A stretch of DNA of 64,000 bases. Source: Neovahlkampfia damariscottae (Eukaryota). Positions 14,033 through 27,319 of the stretch are shown here, piece by piece (positions within the stretch are counted from its first letter, which is position 1; every line of letters starts with the position of its first letter). Position numbers and translations under genes: made by a program. The notes under the pieces were generated by a model that worked only from the letters and a program-made list of their open reading frames with translations, did not search any database and had not been told where the DNA came from. Location of the stretch: assembly GCA_016618085.1 (NCBI GenBank), contig JABLTG010000018.1, positions 62,001 through 126,000 of the forward strand, in the 5' to 3' direction.

Positions 14033-14102
14033 ATAAATGATTTTCATGTTTATCCAATAATTTACCATCATTTTCAATGTTGATTGGTGGAAAATATTGT
14101 GA

Positions 14103-14935
14103 ATGAAAAACTTGTTGTTTGTGGTCAGTTTGATTATTTATTCCACTATAGCCTTGGAATTTGCAAATATTGGAGATAGTTGGGGTACTCATGGTTTTAG
14201 AGTGTTTCAACAAAAAGTAAAAAAAAAAAAATATTAAAATAAAAAGTGTAAACAAACAAGTCCAAATTCAAAAGTAAGCATGTTTGCTGTCGGTGGAACA
14301 ACAGCTCAACAGTGGGCATCATCACAAGGAATTCAAAAATTGAAGAAAATCTTCACCAATAATCCAAACATCACTCATATTTGGATGACTGTTGGAGGAA
14401 ATGGTACAATAATATACATTTTTTTAAACTTTATCAAGATGCAATGAACTTGTGTCGACAAAGAAAATGTGATGAATATGAAGCCTCTGTGTTGAAAGAT
14501 TCAAGAAACATAATGAAATTATTGGTTAGTTTAAAACCTTCAATCAAAGTATCTTCACTTGGTTATGATTTACTTTCATGGGAAAGAGATGAACGATGCA
14601 AAAGAACTTTTTCTGTTTTATTCAGAGGACAATCATATCAAACATTTAGAAGACAATTTATTGACAGATTTACAAGGTTAAATCAACAAATTGAAAAAGA
14701 ATTTCCAAAAAACTATTATTATGTTCCGATTTGGGGTAGGTTTATCATTTTGACATTATTAATTCAAACTTTCAAAGGGGTCATGCAAAAAGCTGGAGGA
14801 ATAGTCAATCCACCAAATGTGAATTTTGGTAGTCCTGATAAATATTACTCAGATTGCATTCATCCAAATGATTCTGGTTTTCGAATTGTAATGGAGAATT
14901 TTTTTGAAAATTTAAAAAAGAGAAATTACTTTTAA
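14103..14935 (+). CDS. Secreted SGNH/GDSL hydrolase
   Basis: Signal peptide, IGDSWG, AVGGTTA, VGGND (spliced), DCIHPN; three introns. Confidence 0.8.
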
Positions 14936-15096
14936 GAACAAATAAATTGGTTCATTATTTCAAGATGGAGCATTTTGAAGTGATAAATCCATTACTGGTT
15001 GTGGAAGTAACTTTCCAATTAAATCGTATTTTTAGAATCTATTTTTAACTCATCAACCAATAAATATTCACCAACACATCTGAAAGACAAAAACAA

Positions 15097-16617
15097 ATGA
15101 ACAATCAAACAAAAGACAGATTAAAAGGTAGTTATATAGATTGTCATGGATTACTAGGTACAAAAATAATAATACAATAATTTTAAACAGGAAATGAAAA
15201 ATGGCCAAAACCTTACTGTGTAGCAAAATCAGATGAACCAAATAGAAAAGACCAAGGAAATATGACTGATGCTTCAGAGTATTTAGATGAACAAGAAGTT
15301 TTAGAAGCAAAAATTGAAATTATCGCAAAATTGATCAAAAATTCTAAATGCGTCACTGCTTACACTGGAGCTGGACTTTCTAGAGCAGCAGGTATCGGAG
15401 ATTATGCCTCAAAAGCTAAAAATTCTATTGTAAATAATGCACCAAAACTTAAATCAGCTTTTGATGCAAAACCTACTTATGCACATAATGCTATTGCAAA
15501 ATTGGAAGAAGCAGGATTACTTCATCATTATGTTCAACAAAACCATGATGGATTACCACAAAAAGCAGGTTTTCCACAAGAAAAAATCAACGAAATTCAT
15601 GGAGCTTGGTATGATCCTTCAAATCCAGTTGTACAATTTTCTGAATCTTTGAGGTCAGATTTATTTAATTGGATGGAAGAAATGGAACATAAAACAGATT
15701 TAACATTATGTTTAGGTACTTCTTTATCAGGAATGAATGCTGATAGATGCGCTTGGACTCCTGCTAAAAAATTTAAAAAACAAAAAAAAGGAAATGGAAC
15801 TATCATGATCAACTTACAAAAAACAGAAATTGATTCAATGTCAACTATAAGAGTATGGGCTAAACTTGATGATTGTTTTTCTTTATTGATGAAAAAACTT
15901 GATATTGATATGTCAACTTTGAAAGGAACTCCAAAACTCCCAAAGGGAAATATATTTTATATTCCATATGATGAAAATGGAAAATTTTTGGGAAAAGATG
16001 CAAAGAAGTTAATGAAATTAGATTTTTCAGTTGGATCCAAAATTAGAATTGTGCATCCTGATTCATCAACTTTCAATTGTGTTGGTGATGTTTATAGGAA
16101 TAGTGATGATCATTATTCAATTTATTTACAAAGAAAAAACAAAAAACCATCATTGTATGCTTTAGGTCATTGGTGGATTGATTGTGCTTTGAGAGGAGTA
16201 CTTGAACAATTTCCATATGCGAATGAAATCCCTGAATTTGTTGAAGTCAAAAAAGAAAAAATTGAAGAGTTATCACCAATGATTGAAGAGAGAAATTTTG
16301 ATAATGTTGAAAATGAGATTAACTTTGTAGTAGGAAATACACATAAAAAATTGAATGAAGGTTCTCATTTGTGGAAAGTTTTCATCACAGAAAAAGGAAC
16401 AAAATTATTCGATTCTGTAAAGTTCACGTTGCATCCAACATTTAAAGATAATGAAATTTTGATAAAACAAGCACCTTTTGAACTTGAAAGGACAGGTTGG
16501 GGCACATTTGAAATTGATATTGTTGTAAATTTGAAGAATGGAAAATCAATTGATATGAAACATAATCTATCATTCAATGGATCAGGAGTAGAAAAACCTT
16601 GCAAAATATTGATATAA
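15097..16617 (+). CDS. Class IV-like sirtuin (Sir2) fused to a C-terminal YEATS domain
   Basis: YTGAGLS..AGIGDY, QNHDGL, EIHG, LGTSL, INLQ; YEATS LHPTF...PFELERTGWGTFEI; 5' intron extends start to 15097. Confidence 0.88.
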
Positions 16618-16679
16618 AATTTTTTCTTTTATCACTATTTTCGAAACAAAAAAGAAATATCAACAATTACAAATTTGGT

Positions 16680-18210
16680 TTATTTTTCTTTCAATTCTCC
16701 CTTTAGTTCAGCATATTTCTTTGCAAATTCAAAGTTATGAGTATGAGCTAAAATTTGACTCCGTAATGAAGAAGGAATATTTTGGAAAACATTTATACTG
16801 AGAGTCACAAGTTGATCCGCATTAATTGATGATTTCATCTCTTGTTGCATGAAAGTTTTGATATCAACATTAGGTTTTAATAATTCATCTTCAACTAAAA
16901 ACATTCGAGAAAATACAACAATAGGAACTAAATGAAATCCAAAACTAATGAATGTATCCCATAAACGAAGCATTTCACTGAGTGGAGAGAAATCACTACA
17001 ACAAATAGTAATGCCTAATAAAAAAAGTGAAAAAAGAACATATATCTCTTACTTGAAAAAAATAATGTCCTTATCATTCCTGTCACACCCGTTTCTAATT
17101 TTTCAAATTTTTTTTTCAATTCTGGAGTAAAAGCAGTCATTAAGTTTTTTATAATTCTTAAAGCAGATAAAACACCACAATAATTATTGGTGAAATACGT
17201 TGGTATTTTTTCAGTTAATAATTTGTTATAACAAAAATAAGCATCTGGTTCATTCATACAACATTGAAAAGGAGTTGAAATACCAAGCATTCCTTGTAAA
17301 TATCCAAATCGATCAATATTATCTTCTGGTGCACCTTTTTTTTTTTCATTAAATGTTTTTTTAAAAACAAACCTTTTTCTACTGAAAAACAGTGTATGAT
17401 TCGATAAAATGACTATAGAAAAGGTTAATAAATATTTTTTTTAGATTTTTACTTCTCCTTCTTTTGGTATCCTTTCCAGAACTTCTTTTGATGAAGTTGC
17501 TCTATCTACATCATGTGATACCTTTGGTAAATCCTCAGTTGGCTTTTCTTTGACTTTTTTGAAAAATTAATTTTTTTTTTTTTTTGAACTAACGAAGTTT
17601 AAACCATTTTTTTTGGTTGAATTCATCATCAGATGACAAAAGTATTGCGCACCAAATATCACCTCTAAAAGTTGAAGCTTCTCCAAATTTGCTTTCTTTC
17701 AATTCTTTTTCTTCCTTTAAAGAAGATTTTAAAAAAGGTTGTTATTTTTTACTTTTGATTCCATTAGTTTAAGATATCCGCACAGGTACATTAATTTTCG
17801 AGTCATGACACTTGTCGGTTCTTGTGAATTATTCAGTAAATCTAAATATTCTTTTTTGACTGAATCATCTGAAATGGAAGGTGAATTGTTATTTTTTAAT
17901 GTTTACAGTCTTTTAATTCACCAGTATGCACTTTTCTTTGGATATTGGTGCAGTATTGGTAATACAGTTGTTCATAGTTAATAATATCTTCAGGTCCTTT
18001 TGTTAATTTTTTGTCATATATATAGGTGTAATGATCCATTAATTGTTTTATTCTTGGACCTACGACATTTGACCCACTCATTTTCTCCACAAGAGAAACA
18101 AAATTAGAACGTTTTATTGGTGCTTTTTTTTTTTTTGAAATGTATGTTATTCCTAAAATAGATGAGCTGTTAGATTACAACACAAAATCTATTTTTTTAT
18201 TGATAAACAT
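16680..18210 (-). CDS. TBC/RabGAP (Bub2-like) domain protein, many small introns
   Basis: FRGDIW, HDVDRA, GYLQGML, EPDAYFCY, LRLWDTFISFG; start codon uncertain. Confidence 0.75.
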
Positions 18211-18298
18211 TGGAATCTTCAAAACGATTTGATTGGGACAAATGTCCTTCCAAACATTAGGTGAGATCAATTAGCAAAACAAAAAAAAACGTCACGGC

Positions 18299-19173
18299 AT
18301 GAAACTTATCACAGAACAAGAAAAATTACCAGAACAATCTGCGACTCAAAACCTAAAACAAGTGCAAATCCAACCTGAATTTAAAGAACTTGATTCTTTG
18401 GTTCTTTTTGCAGACAGTATTTATCAAATGTCACCAAAAACAGGTGATTATGTGAAAACATCACTCGAATCTGGTTGGAGTTGGACCAAATGTGCTGTAC
18501 ATCATGAAGGTTATATTTATGTTGTCTCTTCATGGAAAGGTTGTATTTATAAATGGTAAGTTCAATTGTTAAATTCACAAAATAAAGGAATGTAAATAAT
18601 CAAAACTTTTCTATTTTGAATAATGAAGATTGGAGATTCTGTCGTGGAATGGTTCAATTGGATGATTATCTCTACTTGATTTGTCATAACATTTATAGGG
18701 TATCATTAAAAACAGGAGAATCACAAAAAGTATCAAGGGAAAGTGGATGGACTGTAGTTAATAAAAATACAGCATGTGTTCACAAAGGAAAGATTTTAAT
18801 GATTGCAGGATTTTCAGGAACATTTATTCAATGGAATCCAAAGGATGGAAGTTATTTAACTGTAAATAATGAAAATTGGTCATGTAGTTCTGCTATTGTT
18901 TCTTTGAATGATAAAATTTATGTGATAAGTTATTACATTTATGAAGTGGATGTTGAAAATGGATTGTACAAAAAAGTATCAAATGAAGGAGGTTGGAACT
19001 CAATTGTTTCTGCAACAGTCAGAAATGATAAAATTGTAATGCTTTGGAAAAGAGAAGTTCATTCAGATAAAGTTCATATTCGTTATGCAAATTTATATTC
19101 ATTCGATCCTAAAACAGGTGCTTCCACAAAAATAAATTGTGAAGATTGGATCAATTCAGGGACTGTTGTTTAA
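18299..19173 (+). CDS. Beta-propeller repeat protein of unknown function
   Basis: Repeated IY.V....G.Y..V.NE.W units; one intron. Confidence 0.65.
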
Positions 19174-19205
19174 GAAAATTGAATTCAAAAAATAAATATA
19201 AATTT

Positions 19206-22200
19206 TTATGTGTAAAAGTTTGCGAGTGGATCTCGTTCATTTGGTTGTGAATATCCTTTTGAAAGGAAGTTCTTTGGGTAAGGTACAATAAATCCTTGAA
19301 TATTTGGCAATTTTTCGACATTTCTTGCTTTGAGTTTGTGACTGTATTGTTGAATGATTTTTACATCTGATGAATCAGGATTTTCAAGATTTTCAACAGT
19401 TTTTTGAAAAACATCAACATAGATGTCTCTGTTTGATTCTGCAATTTTTCTCCATTGTGGATAAAATTCAATTGGATCTTCGACTTCCCTTTAAAAGTTG
19501 AATATTTAAACCAATAGAAACTTTTCTTACTCTTTCGTTTTTCCTGTAAATTTTGAAAACGTTTTAACTCTCAAATCATGTGCAATTTTAGTTCCTTTGA
19601 ATTTTTTTCCACCCATTGAAATATTCACAGTTTCATCTCCTTCGATTCTGACTCCTATTTCACTGTCCCTATCACCTTCCATTGATCTATCGTTGATATT
19701 AGCAGAACTACAAAATACAATTTTATCATCTACAATCATCAATTTGGAATGAACATAAATCATTTCATTACAAATCACCCCAGATTGAAACATACCCCAA
19801 TTTCTTAACGATGTGATTGTTACATAATCTTCAATGTCATCAATATGTGGATAATCCTCTTTTAATACATTTAACATTGCTGTCTTTCCTCTGAACATTG
19901 ATGAATGCTGCCAATACATCAATTGTTGTAAAATTTTGCTGTTGAGAGGTGAGGAACTTTGAAAAAATGAATGAAACCTAAAAAACTTACCTATGAAGAG
20001 GAACAACAAATATAACTCTGAATTTTTCTTTTTGATCAATTGCTTTAGCTATTCTTTTCACAATTGCATCAATAATTTTATTTTTTGGATTTTCTGTTTG
20101 TGCACAAGAACTAATGAAAAATTGATTTTCAATGTAGATGAAATGTTTTGATTCTTCAATAGCTTTCAATTGTGCTCGATAAATTGAATGCTATTTGATT
20201 AGATTTTTGTTCTTGATCTTACTTCAGTTTCTGTAAGATTGAATGACCATTTTGATACAGATCTTAATACTTGTACTTTAGCACTTTCAACATCTTGATG
20301 ATGAACACTAACAATAGACTGAAGATCATAATCAGTTTCACGAAGTGTAACAAAAGGATACTTTCCTCTTGCAAATGTCCATCTTTGAATGAAATTTCTA
20401 GCAATATCTCTGGCTGATTCACCAATCACTTTCGTTTGATAATCCATCCATGGCATTCTAGGTACTTTTTTTCTATTCCAAACATCTTTTTGAAAATTTG
20501 AATTTTAGTTAACTTACCTTTTAATGGATCACCAACATTTTTATTTTTCTTTTCAATCATTGGATTTACATACATTCTTCCAGGATAAATTTGATCTTTT
20601 TCTTCATCAACAATAGAAAATTTAAAATCTTCAAATCTATTGTATCCAATATCAATTCCACCTACAAATGCAACTGTTTGATCTATAACACATGTTTTTT
20701 GATGATGAGAGTATATTGTCAATTCTATTAGAAAAATACTTTAGTATGATGAATTTGAATACTTTGTAAAGGATCACGAATGACTTTTATATTTGAAGAT
20801 AATTTTTCTAATATATCCTTGCACTCTTTGCTCCCATTAGAGAAAGCAGCATCTATTTCATCCCAAACAAGAATTCTAACTTTAACTCCTGATTTTGCTC
20901 TTTCTGCCAAAACTAATATTTTTCAATTTTTTGTTTTCTTACTTTGATCAAATCTGTCAACATATTGACCATTTTCTTTTTTTCTGTTTAAATAGATTTT
21001 TGGTGAAATAAACCATCCAGTAATCAAAATTTCTGTCTTTGCTTGTTTTAAACATCTTGCAAGTTCAGGGAAGTATTCACCACCTGTTGTATATATATGA
21101 GTTGGGGTATTCACTCTAATAGGAGCAAATGAAAGATGTGGATGAAATTTTGATCCAACGTATCTATTTAAATTAATACAACTTTTAAATGATGTTTTAA
21201 TTCATTTTAAATATTTTACCTTATCCAATAATCACGATCTTTTTCTTCACATTCGAATTCTAATTTTCTATCACCTCTTATTTCAAATGAATTCTTTTGT
21301 TTTGAAATACAACTTGAATCTGATAATTCAATCACATATACTTGATTTTATGAGTAATTATTGAGAAATCTTACTTGGAGGTTTACAAGAAACTTTTTCA
21401 TTCCTGATGAAAATTTGAGAAAATTAAGAATTTAATACCATCTTTTTTGGTATTCTAAGAAGTGTTTTTGATCTTTATAGAGTGTCAATACACCATTCAA
21501 TACTTTACAATATGCTGTTTTGAACAAATCTTTCACTTTAACAGTTCCTTCTCTTGTTGGAAATCCCAGAGACATATCAAGTGAAACAGAGAGCTAAAAG
21601 AATTAAAAAAGTCGAATCATTTCCAAACCTTTTCTTCAATTGGTCTGAAAATGTCATTATAAATGAATGGAAAGAATCCAAAACAACTTGTAAATGTTGG
21701 ATTGGTTCTTGCTCTTTCTTGAAAATCATAATAACCAAAAATAAAATCTTCAAGATTATCAAGTAATCTCTTTTCCCAATTTATGCTTTTCTTTTTAAAA
21801 CTTGCTTTTTTTTTGAAAAATTTTTCTTCAGAATTTAGTTCATCGTTTTTTTCAATTTCTTCAGGATCTTCATCATTTTCAGAATCACTTGAGTTTACAT
21901 TAGAAATAATGAAACTAATATTTTTCTTCTTTATATCATTTTCATTGCCTTCCACATCTTGAAAGTTTCAACAAATTTTTTTTTTTTACTTGAGTGAATG
22001 ATTTCATCAATAATATCTTCTACAAGACTATCCGCATTCTCAAGTCCAATTAATGTTTGCATAGCTTTACAGAAATCAGCAATTTCTTTTTTATCAATTT
22101 TTGGATCTTTATTGTAGTTAATAATTTCCAATGCAAGTTCTGCTTTCTCTCTTGCATTTCCACGACACATAATTCCAAGAGTTTGAAGGAACTCCGGAAA

Positions 22201-22556
22201 TTCTATTTCATAACCATTCTTTGACTTGTTTATGGCTTTAAATAAAGAACTTTGTATTCTTGGATCTTTTGAAAAATTTGGATAAAGTTTATAGAAAGTT
22301 GGTTGATTTAGCTCTTTATTTGGAGCAGCTGCTTTTGAAAATAGTGAATAAATAGCTTCAGTTTCAATGGCAGAAACTATTTTGTTAAAAATATTCAAAT
22401 AATACAGTAGGTCAAATCTGAGAGTTTTACAAAATCTCCAAAAGTCATGAATTCTCCTTGTGAGAGTACAGGTGATTCTGTTGCTCTTTTCATGAGTTCA
22501 AAGTTACTTTCTAATCCAATTTTTTTTTCCGGAGTTGTGCTCACTCTGTTACCCAT
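19206..22556 (-). CDS. PLD: Phospholipase D with N-myristoylated EF-hand (NCS/calcineurin-B-like) region and PH-like domain
   Basis: Two HKD motifs ([20 protein letters not shown]), [41 protein letters not shown]-hand; MGNRVS; about 9 introns. Confidence 0.9.
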
Positions 22557-22784
22557 TTTGTTTTTGAAAAGAAGCCGTTATGTTCAATAGATGGATTTTA
22601 TTGGATAAATATTGTTGATTGTTTTCCAATGAAGATTTTCAACGACTACTCTTTTCCAATTGTAAGAAAATAATCCAGGCGACAATATTTACCCGGTGTT
22701 TCAATCTAGTATTGAATCCTAAAACCATGGTGATTGGTTATTTAAACTTTCTTCATTTTACCAAAATACAACCAACAAAAAAAT

Positions 22785-23700
22785 ATGGAAAAAATAACAG
22801 AAGAAAAACCAGTTGAAAAGGAATCTTATTTCAAAACAGTTGGAGAGCGGATGAAATCTTATGAAAAAGAATTTGAAAATCATCTTGAAAAAACAAAACC
22901 GTTTATTATTCGTCTTGATGGACATAAATTCAGTACTTTCATGAGACCTTTTGAAAAACCTTTTGATGAAAATTGTAACAAAAAAAAAACACCTAAACAA
23001 TTTAATGACAGTTAGTGAAGTCATGATTGCAACAACCATAGATTTAGTAGATCAATTTCATTGTGTTACAGGTTACACTCAAAGTGATGAAATTACTTTA
23101 ATTTTTCCTGCTCTTATTTCAAAAGATGAAAAAGAAACAGAAGATAAAGAATCAGTTCTATTCTTCAAAGGCAGAACAATGAAAATTGCATCATTAGTCG
23201 CTGGATTTTGCACTGCGAGATTTAATTATCACTGTTTAAAAATGTCAAACAAATGGTCCAAAGAATTAAAGAAATATGATCAAATAATGGAAAGATTAAC
23301 TGAAGCATCTGGATATTTTGATGCAAGAGTTTTTAATGTCCCGGATGAACAAGAAGTTCTTGTGAATATTCTTTGGAGATCTGTGTATGATTGTCAAAGA
23401 AATTCAAAAGCAAGATTTGGACAAGCCTATTTATCACAAAAAGAATGTCATGGTTTATCAGCCAATGAATTGATCATAGAAACCAAAAGAAAGCATGGAG
23501 TTGATTGGATGGATACACCTGATGAATTCAAATATGGATGTTTCATCAAAAAAGTGTTCAAAGAAAAAGAAGGATATAATCCAATCACAAAAGAGACAAC
23601 TTTGGTAAAAAGACATTCATTTGTTAGAAAGTGTTTCAATATGAAAACATCAACTAAAGAGAATTTAGAATTTGTGATGTGCAAAATTTTAGATGAATAA
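22785..23700 (+). CDS. Thg1-like 3'-5' polymerase (tRNAHis guanylyltransferase family)
   Basis: RMKSYE, RLDGHKFSTF..F.KPFD, QSDEITL, FDARVF, KYGCFIK; one intron. Confidence 0.9.
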
Positions 23701-23710
23701 AAAAAATGAT

Positions 23711-25253
23711 TTATTGAAATTGTATGGATTCACAAATTGAACGTGATTGTTTTATTTCTCTTTCAAGTATTGTTGTATCTTTTTTTTCACCTTCTTCATC
23801 AGAAATTATCATTGAACATTCAATATTTAAACAATATTCGGAATTTCTTTCAATCAAATAAGTAATCATATAGTACTGATAATTTTCAATTTCATCAGTA
23901 TATTCAAATTCAAGAATTCCACCATTCTTACCTGAAATCTTTGTTTTTTCTACTTTTTTTATTGTTGAAATTAAATTTTCCGATTCCAAATCATTTTTCA
24001 ATTTTTCAGCCAGATTTGTTGATTTATTATTTGAAACTTTTGAAATTGAGATTTCTAAATCAGATCCTGTATTTTCTTCATTTGATAAAATGGTGAAGAA
24101 TTGATCATTTTGTAAATTTTCTTCATAATCAAATGACGAATCAAAATTAATTGAAAATTTACATTCTGAATTTGTGTATGTAAAATAATCCTTTTTTGAA
24201 TCAGAATTGAAATTCAATGACTTTAATGAATTTAAAAGTAAAAATTCTCTTTCAGGTAAATTTGATGATGCTTTCATTAAATAACTCAATCCTTCGTGTG
24301 TGAAATATGAATCATAATGATATTTATCTTTCACTTGATAAGTCATCAGCTTAGCTTTAATATTATTTGGTAATAATATAATTTCTTCTTTTGCAGTTTT
24401 GATGTATTTGTAATCATTGAGAACCAATGAAATTTCTTCATCATTTGAAGAGAAATTGAAGAATTCATTTGTATTTTTTGATTTGAATGTTGTATCAGGT
24501 AAATTGAATTCAAATCCTTTTTTACTGTGGAATATTAATTTATCCATTTCAAATTTTGGCTTCAAAAACTCAATTGAGTTTACAAATAAATTGAAGAATT
24601 CAGAGTCTTTTTCGCTTGAAGAAAATGAATATACCCTTGAATTAATGTTTAATATTAAATGATTTAAAAATACCTATTATCAAATTTAGACAGAATTCTC
24701 CAATGTTTCTATAAATATCTTTAGAAAAATCGAAAAAAATCAAACGATTCTATTATCCTATTTTGATGTTAAAAATGTAATTTTTTGTATTTACAACTAA
24801 ATGTTCAACATAAATAGCTGGGTTTGAGTTTATAAATTTGTTCATTTTTTTTTCATCTGTGGCATCAACTGATGATTTTAAAGCATCAAGATTTTTTTCA
24901 TAAAATTTTTCTAAACTTAAATTTGGGTCTACCATCTCACATATGATTGAAATATTTTGTTGCTTCGTGAGGTTCTGGACTTGTAATTTGTAACAACCTG
25001 TTTCAGTAAATTGAACTTCTCCAAGTGTGAATTCTTCAGGATATGAAAATTTCAACAATAATTCGGGTGATTCATGAGTTTTTAAATTAATTTTACTCTT
25101 GATTTGAACATTTTTGGTTTCTACTTTATTTTCAATTTTTGGTTGAGAAATTTTTTTGTATGTCACATATCCTAAAAATATTGCAGCTGTAGCTCCTCCT
25201 AATGCTATTATGGAAGTTTTTGGGTTATCAAATATTTTATCAAAGAAGCCCAT
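23711..25253 (-). CDS. N-terminally anchored protein with tandem PsbP/Mog1/DcrB-like domains
   Basis: N-terminal TM, repeated F.F.YP..F / K.I.G..G..LE patterns; small introns. Confidence 0.45.
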
Positions 25254-25475
25254 GTTTTGTGTTGAAGTTGTTTTTGAAAAAAGATGGAATTTAATTGGAT
25301 GAAACATAAAGTGAATAAAGAAACAAAATCTGATTAATTTTGACAAAAAAAACAACAAATTTCAGTTTTTAAAAGAAATTATTTTTTGATTGGGCAATCA
25401 AAAGAAACTTGAATGAAAATCAATTGATGTGTTTTTTCAAGGTTCCAACAAGCTCTATTCATTTAAACTGGAATG

Positions 25476-26018
25476 ACACCTGATTTCTCACCTTCATTTG
25501 AAAATCCAATAACAATGGAATCAGTACAAACATTGTTTAAAAACTAAAATCTTTGGTGAATCCAATCAAAAGCATCCAAAAATGGATCAAGTTCAAAGTT
25601 TTACTTGAAATCAAGGAAAAAAAATCGAGAAGAAAATTCTTTTCAAGCATATAAATCATGTCCTTCATCCACATATTCATTTTGAAACTTTCCATGGACA
25701 TGAATGTGTTTGAAACTTTTGACACGAAAACATGATTTTTAAAATTAATGTCTTAAAAATTTTGCAGAATTGAAGCTGTCCAGTCGAGAAGAATTTGAAA
25801 CCTAAACCTTCTTTCAATGGTAATTATATAGGATTCATTTTTTTCCATTTCCACTTCTTAAATCGCTGTATCTGTTTCATATCTTGCTCCAAGATTATAA
25901 TCCTATACAGTACGCATCATTCTGTGAAAATTATTTTTTCTTTTTTTCTTACAAGGTGTAAACTCAAGTTTTGGTTAAATTCATAAAGTAATTTCATTGG
26001 ACAATGATCTGGAGACAT
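25476..26018 (-). pseudogene. Probable decayed gene of unknown family
   Basis: ATG, a canonical small intron (about 25922-25952) and coding-like segments interrupted by several TAA/TGA/TAG stops and a frame change. Confidence 0.3.
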
Positions 26019-26123
26019 TTGATTTATTGTTTAAAGACTATTGAAACCCTTATTTGTTACTGAAAAATGGCTATTTTAATTTGATAAATTGGAATTTTCT
26101 TCTAAAATTATTCACCAATCAAA

Positions 26124-27218
26124 ATGACCAACAAACTTTTTGCTTTAATTTTGCTCCACTGCGCCATTTTAATTTTTTCAAAAAGATTAATTTTAACAAA
26201 TGAAGGACAATTCTACATGACAGAAGAACAAGTTGCTAAACTTCAACTCAAAAAATTGAATTCAGAATTTAACTTCATGGATATTACTGACACACCTGAT
26301 TTACACAAATTTCCTGCTCCAAAAAACTCAAATAAACCATTTCCTGAAGCACCAAAAAGACAAAAGATTATGAAAAAATTAACACCAGAAATCAAAAAAA
26401 AAAACCTCATCAAAGTGGTTGAAGATTTATCAAATTTTCATAATCGTTACTATCAATCAGAAACAGGTGTAAAAGCATCTTTATGGTTAAAAGATCAATT
26501 TGAAAAAGTAATTTCAAAACTTCCAGCAGAAAGAAAAAAAATGTTCAAAGTGCATTTAGTTCCACACAGAAACTATCCTCAAAGATCAGTCATTTGTACT
26601 ATGGAAGGAAAAAGTTTGAAAAATGAAGTTGTTGTTATTGGTGGTCATATTGATTCAATAAATGCAGCTAATAGAACAACAGGAAAAGCACCAGGAGCTG
26701 ATGATGATGCTTCAGGAATATCAACTGTTTTTGAATCATTTCGTATTTTAGCACAAAGTGATTTCACACCAGAAAGAAGTATTCATTTCATGGCTTATGC
26801 AGCGGAAGAATTGGGATTATTAGGATCACAAGATGTTGCTCAAAATTATAAAACCAAACAAATTCCAGTACATGCTGTTCTTCAATTAGATATGACAGGT
26901 TATGTTTATCAAAATCAAAAAAAAGTTGCAATTACTAGGGATAGATTTTCTGATGAAAATTTAGGAAATTTTGTTATCAAAATGATTGAAGAATATACAA
27001 AAGTTGGACATGCAGTCGTTGCATGTGCACATGGATGTTCAGATCATGCATCATGGACAAGAGCACAATACAGAGCTCTTTATACACCATCAAGAAATGT
27101 TCCACAAGGTTTAAATCCAAATGCTCATAAAGTAACTGACACACTTGATAAATTAGATTTCACCAGAATGAAAGAATTTGTTAAAGTTGCATTGGCATTT
27201 GCTGTTGAATTATCTTAA
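26124..27218 (+). CDS. Secreted M28 leucyl aminopeptidase (Vibrio/fungal LAP type)
   Basis: Signal peptide, GGHIDS, APGADDDASG, AAEELGLLGS, QLDMTGY, CSDHASW. Confidence 0.93.
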   Translation: MTNKLFALILLHCAILIFSKRLILTNEGQFYMTEEQVAKLQLKKLNSEFNFMDITDTPDLHKFPAPKNSNKPFPEAPKRQKIMKKLTPEIKKKNLIKVVEDLSNFHNRYYQSETGVKASLWLKDQFEKVISKLPAERKKMFKVHLVPHRNYPQRSVICTMEGKSLKNEVVVIGGHIDSINAANRTTGKAPGADDDASGISTVFESFRILAQSDFTPERSIHFMAYAAEELGLLGSQDVAQNYKTKQIPVHAVLQLDMTGYVYQNQKKVAITRDRFSDENLGNFVIKMIEEYTKVGHAVVACAHGCSDHASWTRAQYRALYTPSRNVPQGLNPNAHKVTDTLDKLDFTRMKEFVKVALAFAVELS

Positions 27219-27237
27219 TTTCGAATAAAATGAAAAG

Positions 27238-27316
27238 ATTTACTATTTTTCTTCAAAAAATTTTGTTGATATTTTATCAATTCCAAAATTCTCTTCATTC
27301 AAAGTTATTGGTAAAT
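27238..27316 (-). promoter_or_regulatory. Type II SECIS element of msrA
   Basis: ATGA(27298-27295)-agagaattttg-gAA-ttgat/atcaa ministem-caaaatttttt-GA(27254-27253): 11-bp helix II; lower helix atttac/gtaaat. Confidence 0.88.
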
Positions 27317-27319
27317 TTT

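Noticed and set aside
25476..26018. Possible antizyme-like programmed frameshift gene
   Set aside because: Multiple mixed stops and no recognisable antizyme motifs; treated as a decayed gene.
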